A DNA stretch of 64,000 nucleotides from a virus: the IMG/VR virus record IMGVR_UViG_3300031111_000001, positions 32,001 to 96,000 of that record; one strand, given 5' to 3'. Made by a program: the position numbers and the translations under genes. Positions 18,489 through 25,143 of this stretch are shown here, in pieces (position 1 is the stretch's first letter; every line of letters starts with the position of its first letter). The notes beneath the pieces are model-generated. The model searched no databases, was not told where the DNA came from, and saw only the letters and a program-made list of their open reading frames with translations.

Positions 18489-19112
18489 CTAGGGGGTCTG
18501 GACGGCCATGGTATTGTCGCCAGTCCCACGGTAAGCCGTGGTGTAAGCCGACATGGTTGCGCCGGAAGCGATCAGGCCACTGCTGCTGCGGTCAAAGGAC
18601 GCGCACTTGGAAGCGTTCAGGCCCAGCTTCGCGCCCTCGGCCTTCCCGTCGATCCCGGCAGCGAGGAAGATGAAGTCCCAATTGTACTTCTCCTTCTGGT
18701 GCCGGACCATCTCGTTGATGATGGTCGCGCCGTACTCGCGAGACTGATTCTCATGGCCGTCCGTGAGGACCACGAACAGGACGCGGGCGGGCCGCTCGTC
18801 TTCGGGCAAAGCGTTCAGTTCGTTGCCCACCCTGGTGATCGTGATGCCAACGGCGTCCAGCAGGGCGGTCATGCCACGGGGCTGGTACGTCTCGCCCAGG
18901 ATCAGGTCGGGGCAGTCCTTGATGGGCTTACGGGTGTAGATCACCTCCACCACATCATCGAACTGCGTGAGGGACAGTTCGGCCTCGTCGGGGCCGGTGC
19001 GCTGTTCGTCGAGGAAACGGTTGAACATCCCCACGGCCTCCGGGGCAATGCTGCCCATGGAGCCAGAACGGTCCAGAATCACGTTGATCAGAGTCATGTC
19101 TTTCATGGTCAA
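18489..19112 (-). CDS. vWA domain protein
   Basis: LDRSGSM MIDAS, GMTALLDAVG, LTDGHENQSREY, WDFIFL. Confidence 0.88.
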   Translation of the reverse strand: MTMKDMTLINVILDRSGSMGSIAPEAVGMFNRFLDEQRTGPDEAELSLTQFDDVVEVIYTRKPIKDCPDLILGETYQPRGMTALLDAVGITITRVGNELNALPEDERPARVLFVVLTDGHENQSREYGATIINEMVRHQKEKYNWDFIFLAAGIDGKAEGAKLGLNASKCASFDRSSSGLIASGATMSAYTTAYRGTGDNTMAVQTP

Positions 19113-20500
19113 TTGTCCATCCAGTTGTACTTGTTATTCATGATGGCCTTGAGCATGACGTTGGTGGGCGTCAGGCTTTCCAGACCCGCTTCCATGATCG
19201 CCTTCATCACCGCCGGGGAGTACCCGCTGACGAGGGCAGCACCAGACTGATGCTGGCGCACGGGACAGTTGCCGGGCCGGGCGTTCAGGTTCCAAAACAC
19301 GACGTTCGGAAGCTCGTAGCCGTACCGGGTAAACTCGGCAGTAGCGTTGGTGAAAAGGTGGTTGCTGCCCGTGACACAGGAATCGAACTCCATGTCGGAG
19401 AAGATGATCAGCGTCCTGGGCATGTCCTCGGCGGGCACCTTATTCCCGACGGCCACCTTGAGGATTTCTCCCATGGCCTTCTCGATGTTGGTGTTCATGC
19501 CCCAATGGGCACGCTCCAGATTCGCCTTTTTGGCAATGATGTCTCGACCATGCAGGGTGTGGAACTGCGGATTCTTAGAAAAGGTCAAGACCAAGTCCTT
19601 GAAGGCCCCGGTCTGCCGGGTGGCGATGAACAACCCCATGGCAACAGAAACGTCGAGGGCAGAGAGATTGGGAGAAATCTGCGCCCACATGGACCCGGAG
19701 ACATCAACCATCGGCAGCACGCCGTTCAGGTTGGCCGGGAACGGAATGGCATCCCACTGCGCCTGGACGGCCTTCCGCTGCGTGCCCTTCAGCACGTCGT
19801 GGGGGAAGATTGCACTGGCGTTGATCTTGGCCTCGCCCTTCTCCAGAGCGTTCAGGTACGCACCGTAGCGGTCACCGCAGTTGCGGGTGAACGCCTTCTG
19901 GTAACGGGCCGACGCGACGGACGGAACGTGGTTGAACTCGATCTTGTCCCACTCCCCGGCGCACATCTTCTGCTCGACGGTGTTGGACAGGCCCACCAGC
20001 AGCTTGCGATACTGCTTGGGGGCCAGACCCATGAACTCGCGCAGGGCCACGGCATTGTCGCCCTTGCGGGGCATCCATTTGGCACACAGGCCGTCACCGG
20101 CTTCCAGTGCCTCGGCGATGAAGGGGAAGATGTCGTGTTCGCGCAGTTCGTCGTCCCCGAAGTGCAGGAGGTCATCCCAACGGCCCACGACGGGCACCAG
20201 CGGGATCAGTTTTTCGACCACTTCGGGCCGCTCATGGCAGAGCGTGTCCATCAGGTTGCGGAAGGTCTGGCGCTCACCGGCACCACCACGGCAGTCTCGC
20301 GCCCAGAGCAGGGTGCGGATGGCCTTGTCCTCGTCCGCGACAAAAGCGTCCCAAAAGGGATCGGAAACGTCCTTGCCACGGCTGGCCCCGATCATGAAGA
20401 ACAGATCGACAAGCGGGTTCAGGGTGGTGGAGAACGCCTCCATTCCGTTGGCAGTGTGGGAGTCACGGATGTTGTTGACGCCATTGACAAACTGGTTCAT
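19109..20500 (-). CDS. DUF2828-family protein (helical domain plus vWA; TROVE/Ro60-like by inference)
   Basis: TANG, LVDLFF, WARDCRGGAGER, GRWDDL, AKWMPR, VPSVA, VDVSGSM, WGMNTN, FSDMEFD, VFWNL, LVSGYS. Confidence 0.85.
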   Translation of the reverse strand: MNQFVNGVNNIRDSHTANGMEAFSTTLNPLVDLFFMIGASRGKDVSDPFWDAFVADEDKAIRTLLWARDCRGGAGERQTFRNLMDTLCHERPEVVEKLIPLVPVVGRWDDLLHFGDDELREHDIFPFIAEALEAGDGLCAKWMPRKGDNAVALREFMGLAPKQYRKLLVGLSNTVEQKMCAGEWDKIEFNHVPSVASARYQKAFTRNCGDRYGAYLNALEKGEAKINASAIFPHDVLKGTQRKAVQAQWDAIPFPANLNGVLPMVDVSGSMWAQISPNLSALDVSVAMGLFIATRQTGAFKDLVLTFSKNPQFHTLHGRDIIAKKANLERAHWGMNTNIEKAMGEILKVAVGNKVPAEDMPRTLIIFSDMEFDSCVTGSNHLFTNATAEFTRYGYELPNVVFWNLNARPGNCPVRQHQSGAALVSGYSPAVMKAIMEAGLESLTPTNVMLKAIMNNKYNWMDN

Positions 20501-20545
20501 CTTGTTTTCCTTTTCAATGGAGGTTGTAATTGCTGAAATGAACCA
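20493..20545 (-). promoter_or_regulatory. Motif unit 0: stem-loop enclosing the RBS and start codon of the DUF2828 gene
   Basis: TGGTTCAT-TTCAGCAA-...AAGGA...-ATGAACCA-GT; the 3' arm of the 8-bp stem is the first 8 nt of the CDS. Confidence 0.75.
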
Positions 20546-20562
20546 TAGACAGTGGACAATAC

Positions 20563-20705
20563 AGAGTGGTGGGTTTGCATACGCGCTCTACCAGACTAAG
20601 CTACATCCCCCTGGCCCGAAGGCTTTAGTGTCGGGAGACGACAGGATTTGAACCTGCGACCTCGTCCTTCATATGGATTGCGGTTTTAGTTGCTGAAACC
20701 ACTCT
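20563..20705 (-). ncRNA. Y-RNA-like unit 1 with permuted tRNA core
   Basis: AGAGTGGT-TTCAGCAA...T arm GCAGG-TTCAAAT-CCTGT, acceptor CGTCTCC/GGGGATG, TA, D arm GCTT-AGTCTGGTA-GAGC...ACCACTCT-GT. Confidence 0.8.
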
Positions 20706-20714
20706 AAAAGAAGC

Positions 20715-20773
20715 GGGATGGATAACTTGAATGAATCCATTTCATTTTGTTGTTTGATTGCTGAAACCATCCC
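20715..20773 (-). ncRNA. Short motif unit 2
   Basis: GGGATGG-T-TTCAGCAA...CCATCCC-GC. Confidence 0.7.
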
Positions 20774-20781
20774 AAACAATA

Positions 20782-20961
20782 CGGAGTGGGTTCTGTAATG
20801 CCCCTAGTGTATGGGGCCTCACCAGTGGCATCGGATGTGCCTTACAGTACGGCAAGCGAACTGGTGCCGGATTCCCACCGGATGCTCAGATTGCATTATG
20901 GATTTCAGTTCTCAAGAGACGTTGTTCCCGTGTTTTCTTGTAGAAGACTGAACCCACTCCG
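20782..20961 (-). ncRNA. Y-RNA-like unit 3 with divergent permuted tRNA core
   Basis: 12-bp closing stem CGGAGTGGGTTC/GAACCCACTCCG; T-loop-like CCGG-TGGGAAT-CCGG, 7-bp stem CACCAGT/ACTGGTG, 2-nt linker, hairpin GCCCC-ATACACTA-GGGGC. Confidence 0.65.
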
Positions 20962-20969
20962 AAAGAAAC

Positions 20970-21099
20970 GGAGTACAGTTTTTGCATTACAAAGGTTCTA
21001 CCAGTTGAACTACCTCCCGGTACTGTGGTTGGTCGGGAGGGGTGGACTTGAACCACCAACCGTTTGTTCCTATTGCGTTTGGCTTGCTGCATGTACTCC
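20970..21099 (-). ncRNA. Y-RNA-like unit 4 with permuted tRNA core
   Basis: GGAGTACA-TGCAGCAA...GGTGG-TTCAAGT-CCACC, CCTCCCG-ACCA..CGGGAGG, TA, GTTC-AACTGGTA-GAAC...TGTACTCC-GT. Confidence 0.82.
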
Positions 21100-21109
21100 A
21101 AAAATTTGT

Positions 21110-21183
21110 CGAGAGGTGCCGGAATTGAACCGACGTTGCCGGGTAAGGCCGCCCAGTATCCTCGCCAACTGGATGAACCTCTC
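21110..21183 (-). tRNA. Non-canonical tRNA / tRNA-like RNA (8-nt anticodon loop, identity undetermined)
   Basis: Acceptor GAGAGGT/ACCTCTC, D arm ATCC..GGAT, anticodon stem CTGGG/CCCGG with loop CGGCCTTA, T arm GTCGG-TTCAATT-CCGGC; 3' end G-ACA instead of CCA. Confidence 0.7.
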
Positions 21184-21188
21184 GATTC

Positions 21189-21264
21189 TGGGGAGATCGG
21201 GCAGAATCGAACTTCCACTCCACGGGTCACAACCGTGTGCTTTGACCATTAAGCTACGAACTCC
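21189..21264 (-). tRNA. tRNA-His(GUG)
   Basis: Cloverleaf with anticodon loop TTGTGAC, G-1:C73 pair and encoded CCA; one mismatch each in acceptor and T stems. Confidence 0.9.
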
Positions 21265-21286
21265 ATAACGATCCCCCAAAAAAAAC

Positions 21287-21350
21287 AGGATGGGCTACTT
21301 GTCAGGTGGTTAGACCAGAGTTTTTCGCATTTGTTTGCTGAATCCATCCT
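21287..21350 (-). ncRNA. Short motif unit 5
   Basis: AGGATGG-A-TTCAGCAA...CCATCCT-GT. Confidence 0.7.
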
Positions 21351-21358
21351 AGCGATAC

Positions 21359-21414
21359 AGAGTGCTTACGTTTTTGCTTAACAGGCAATTGTTTTTGGTT
21401 GCTGAATGCACTCT
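21359..21414 (-). ncRNA. Short motif unit 6
   Basis: AGAGTGC-A-TTCAGCAA...GCACTCT-GT. Confidence 0.7.
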
Positions 21415-21696
21415 TAAAGATTCGCGGCCATACATCCAGTGGTTCGCGATACCACTACATCATGATGCAGGGAGGGTCCGTTTCCATCACCGTTGTGTCA
21501 CCGGGGCTCTACGGTGCGAGTGGGTGAACTATTCGCACCGTACCGCAAAAGTGGTGCGGCTTGCCTACCGCACTTGCCGGGGCTTAAACCGGATCAGGAT
21601 AATCGGGAGCAGATCGGCCACATGCGCGGGCCATAGCGTTCAGCTTTCAACTTCCTTTTGCTGCTCAACCGATTTTCGTTTACTCCTTTCATCGAG

Positions 21697-21726
21697 TTAG
21701 TCGTACCGACGCCCGTGTCTGGATGA
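21697..21726 (-). promoter_or_regulatory. Phage-type (ECF-like) promoter motif, copy upstream of the RNA array
   Basis: TCATCC-AGACACG(N17 spacer)-CGACTAA; 30-mer identical to 25072-25101. Confidence 0.75.
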
Positions 21727-22017
21727 ATGATTTTCGAAGTTTTTGAATATTTTTGAATAAAATTTAGCTGCCAAATTTGCTTTGCATTACCGCAAGAGCG
21801 GCAATAAAGAAAATCATACCAATGAAGAATATCGGAGCAGAGCCTCCAGGGATCACCAATTCGGTTCCGCAATCAATTAAAATACTATACATTTGGCTTC
21901 CTTGTTGTCTTAGTAGGCTGGCGATCTACCACAAGGAGTTGGAACCATAATTCCAACCCCTTGGGGTGGCCGGGAATATCCCGTCCCGGCCAATCGGGCT
22001 TCGGAGGAGGGTGTGGG

Positions 22018-23265
22018 CTACTTGCCCACGGTGGGGTCCAGGGCGAGTTTCTTCGCCATGTCCACCTGAATCATGTTCAGGATGCCCATGATCTCGCTGT
22101 CGGAGCCGGTGCCACCGTTGGCACCACCGGACACGATCACGGTGTCGGGCACCTGACGCTTGGCGATGGCTCCAGCCATGTTCGCATAGACGCGCTCGTA
22201 GGTCGCCAGCTTCTTGTCGAGGGCACCGTCAGCGGCGATCCGCATCTTTGCGGCCTGGGCATCACCCTCGGCACGCAGAATGGTGGCCTTTTTGTACTCT
22301 TCAGCGGCCTGACGATCCAGCTTGGCGACTTCCAGTTCCTGCGCGGCCTTGGTTTCGGCGACTTCCTTGGCCTGTTCGGCCTCGGTCACCTTCTGGGCCT
22401 TGATGACCTTCTGCGCCCACTCGGCCTTGGCCGCATCGGCAGCACCCTGACGCTCGGTGGTCAGCTTATCCTGCTCGGCCTTCTTGGCATTGGCGATGGC
22501 GGTCTGCACGTCCATGGTGATCTTGCGCTGCTGCTCGATCTGGGCCTGGACCTTGTCGTCGTACCGGATGTCGTTCACTGCGAAGTTGTAGAAAGTGATG
22601 CCAAACGCGGCGATAGGCGACTCTTCCTGACGCTTCCAGCCGCCGGGGGACTTGGGATCGGCGATGCGTTCCGTCAGGGTGACGGTCTTCGTCTCGCCGG
22701 TCAGTTCGTCCGTGATCTTCGTGTCACGGGTGGTGGTCGCATAGATGCCGAACTTGGCCTGATCCTCGATGAAGTTTACCAGTTGGCTGCGCTTCTCGGC
22801 GTAGGACTCGCGAGACGACACCAGCGGGCCGGATGCGAAGATCGCCTTGCGCACGACGGTGCGGATCAGGTTGTCCTCGATACCGGGCATGGAGCGGTAC
22901 TTTTCGTGCAGCTTCAGCATGTTGACGGGGTCAACGGGCAGATCGTAGCGCACGGAGCCGCTGACCATGGCCGTACCGGCATCGTTGAAGGTGATCTTCA
23001 GGGACTGGTCGGCGGTGCCGCCCTCGTCGGTCTGGGACGAGAACCAAAGCTGGTTCGACTTGGTGTAGTAGGTCAGGTCACCGAAAAGCTGGGCCTTGGG
23101 GCCAGCGGTAACCCATGGCGTCAGTTCGCCCGTGGTGATGGCCTGCTTGACACAGATGTTTCCGGCAGGGACATTCTCGATCAGGGAGCCGCCCATGGCG
23201 ACGACCACGACCAGAATGATGCCGAACACAGCGGCCATCACACCCTTCTTGGGGGTGAATTTCAT
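22018..23265 (-). CDS. SPFH/band-7 (prohibitin-like) membrane protein
   Basis: N-terminal TM helix, ITFNDAGTA, A/E/K-rich coiled coil, RAEGDAQA. Confidence 0.8.
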   Translation of the reverse strand: MKFTPKKGVMAAVFGIILVVVVAMGGSLIENVPAGNICVKQAITTGELTPWVTAGPKAQLFGDLTYYTKSNQLWFSSQTDEGGTADQSLKITFNDAGTAMVSGSVRYDLPVDPVNMLKLHEKYRSMPGIEDNLIRTVVRKAIFASGPLVSSRESYAEKRSQLVNFIEDQAKFGIYATTTRDTKITDELTGETKTVTLTERIADPKSPGGWKRQEESPIAAFGITFYNFAVNDIRYDDKVQAQIEQQRKITMDVQTAIANAKKAEQDKLTTERQGAADAAKAEWAQKVIKAQKVTEAEQAKEVAETKAAQELEVAKLDRQAAEEYKKATILRAEGDAQAAKMRIAADGALDKKLATYERVYANMAGAIAKRQVPDTVIVSGGANGGTGSDSEIMGILNMIQVDMAKKLALDPTVGK

Positions 23266-23319
23266 ACAGTTGTTCTCCTTGATGGTTGTTGAGGCGAAGG
23301 TGTTGTGGCTGTCGGGCCA

Positions 23320-23613
23320 CTAGGTGATCTTGGTGATCTTCTTCTTGGCGTCGGCCAGGGTGTCGCTGATGCTCTCGGTAACCTCTTCGGCGAGGTCTTC
23401 GGCACGGTCCTTGACGGCGTCCACGGTGTTCTTGAGCTTTTTCTGCACGTCGATCTCGGACAGCGCGATCTCGGCCTCCCGTGCCAGCTTGTTGGACTTG
23501 CTGAACAGCGGAAACAAGGCCTCACCCTTGATCATGGGCAGAGCGATCTGAGTGACGAAGAAGATCGCAAGCAGGGCGAGGCCCGCCAGCATGAAGATGT
23601 AGTACATCTTCAC
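23320..23613 (-). CDS. Small membrane-anchored protein
   Basis: N-terminal hydrophobic helix and charged tail. Confidence 0.65.
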   Translation of the reverse strand: MKMYYIFMLAGLALLAIFFVTQIALPMIKGEALFPLFSKSNKLAREAEIALSEIDVQKKLKNTVDAVKDRAEDLAEEVTESISDTLADAKKKITKIT

Positions 23614-23789
23614 TCTCCTTTGTTTTTGGGTTTGCGGAAAATCCAGAACAGAAGGCCCGGAATGGCGAACGCCATATAGAGAGTGCAGACCTTGTAGTGC
23701 TGGACCTGATACTCGGCCATTAGATCGGGGTTGAAGACGCCGAAGACAATCAGCAGCAGCCCCACGAAGAGATAGAGAATGACCGGCAT
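23610..23789 (-). CDS. Small 2-TM protein (59 aa; not in ORF track)
   Basis: MPVILYLFVGLLLIVFGVFNPDLMAEYQVQHYKVCTLYMAFAIPGLLFWIFRKPKNKGE; GTGA overlap with next gene. Confidence 0.6.
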   Translation of the reverse strand: MPVILYLFVGLLLIVFGVFNPDLMAEYQVQHYKVCTLYMAFAIPGLLFWIFRKPKNKGE

Positions 23790-23876
23790 GGCCTAGCCCC
23801 CTTTCTGGCGATTGATTGCAGGTTGAAGGATCATTCAGGCCTTTCCGCTGCGAAGGTGTTGTGTATTTCCTGCGCT

Positions 23877-24398
23877 TTAGCCAAACGAAACCACCAGTTC
23901 ATGCTCCTTGAGCGCATGGTAGGAGGCTACGGCGTCAGCGATGTGTTCAAAGCGATTCTTGAACTTCGGCCATTGGAAATCGGGGTAAAGGGCGCGGACA
24001 GCGTCCATCATCTGGTCCTTCTCAGCACCGCGAAGGCCAGTTAGAGCTTTCTTTCCGGCCAAAGGGGTAGACCATGCGTGTTTGATCTCCCGCATGGAGA
24101 CGACCACGGCCACTACAGCGGTTGCCATCGCCATCTGGGTGGCCGCACTGGCTGATTGCGCACCGCCCGTTGGGAGTTCCCCGATGATTGCCTGGGGTTT
24201 GTACTTGTTGATGACCTCGATCAGCCCGGCGGCAAGCCCCTGCGATCTACGGACATTGTCATCGGCGACTCGAAACTTGCTCTTGGAAAGCCCAAGCTCG
24301 TTCTTCTTCGTCTTGATGCACCCGCAGTCAATGGGCTTGCCGCCGTCGAAGGCACACCATCCCGTGTTGGCGAAACCAACGTCCAGGGCGATCAGCAT
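23877..24398 (-). CDS. ruvC: RuvC-like Holliday junction resolvase
   Basis: IALDVGFANTGW, IIGE, KKALTG..AEKDQM, EHIADAVA; start re-assigned to ATG 24398. Confidence 0.8.
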   Translation of the reverse strand: MLIALDVGFANTGWCAFDGGKPIDCGCIKTKKNELGLSKSKFRVADDNVRRSQGLAAGLIEVINKYKPQAIIGELPTGGAQSASAATQMAMATAVVAVVVSMREIKHAWSTPLAGKKALTGLRGAEKDQMMDAVRALYPDFQWPKFKNRFEHIADAVASYHALKEHELVVSFG

Positions 24399-25018
24399 TC
24401 CTTGCGGTTGGCCGGGAGCATGCAGAGCAGCTTGATCTTCTCGGCGTCGAGGACTTTGCCGCTCTCGACGCTGTACCACTCGTTGCAGAGGATGCAGCGG
24501 GCACCCGTGCCATCGGCGACGAGCTTGCCGCCACAGGGGCAGAGCTTCATGAGGTGGCCGTACATGCCCTGAAGGATGGAGTTGGTGATGTCCTGGGAGC
24601 CATAGGCAAACGGCTTGTCCTCGACGATCTCGCCGTCATCCTCCAGGCCCGGATGAACCTTGTCCTTGTAGCACTCGCCGTCGATCTCGCAGGCGGTGCC
24701 CTGATCGACGACGCCACGGCACAGACACTCGCCGTCGTCGCACGCGGAACAGTCCACTTCGACGTTCTCGATCTCGCAGACCTCGTCCTTCATGAGGGTT
24801 TCGGTGGCTTCGTGGCTGGACGGGGACAGGATAAAGTTGCCCTTGTCGTAGTTGATCATGAGGCCGCGAACATCGTCCAGCAGGGACTCGTTGATGACCA
24901 TGGGCCTGCCGGTGCGTTTCTTGTAAAGGCTGGCGAGAGCGGCCAGCAGTGCCACCTCCAGGGTGAGTTCCTTTCCGTTCACGACGACCTTGTCGCCGTA
25001 GATCGCTTCGATCTGCAT
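24392..25018 (-). CDS. Hypothetical acidic, Cys-rich protein
   Basis: AGGAG RBS; several Cys pairs (CSAC, CPCG, CILC). Confidence 0.7.
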   Translation of the reverse strand: MQIEAIYGDKVVVNGKELTLEVALLAALASLYKKRTGRPMVINESLLDDVRGLMINYDKGNFILSPSSHEATETLMKDEVCEIENVEVDCSACDDGECLCRGVVDQGTACEIDGECYKDKVHPGLEDDGEIVEDKPFAYGSQDITNSILQGMYGHLMKLCPCGGKLVADGTGARCILCNEWYSVESGKVLDAEKIKLLCMLPANRKEC

Positions 25019-25071
25019 CGTGTCTCCTTGAATGTTGTTGTGCTGCGAAGTGTTTCAGTCTGCTCGTCGGA

Positions 25072-25101
25072 TTAGTCGTACCGACGCCCGTGTCTGGATG
25101 A
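25072..25101 (-). promoter_or_regulatory. Phage-type (ECF-like) promoter motif
   Basis: TCATCC-N17-CGACTAA, intergenic. Confidence 0.75.
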
Positions 25102-25143
25102 ATATTTCAGAAGAAATTTTAATTTTTCTTCTAGTGACCTGGA

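Noticed and set aside
20493-21414. Array as a CRISPR locus
   Set aside because: The shared sequence is only ~8 nt, unit lengths vary from 53 to 180 nt, arms covary as RNA stems, and no cas genes are in the window.
20758-21872. ORF-track entries across the RNA array (e.g. 20786-21268, 20886-21230, 21362-21700, 21594-21872)
   Set aside because: They overlap clear tRNA or tRNA-like structures, lack RBSs and do not look protein-like.
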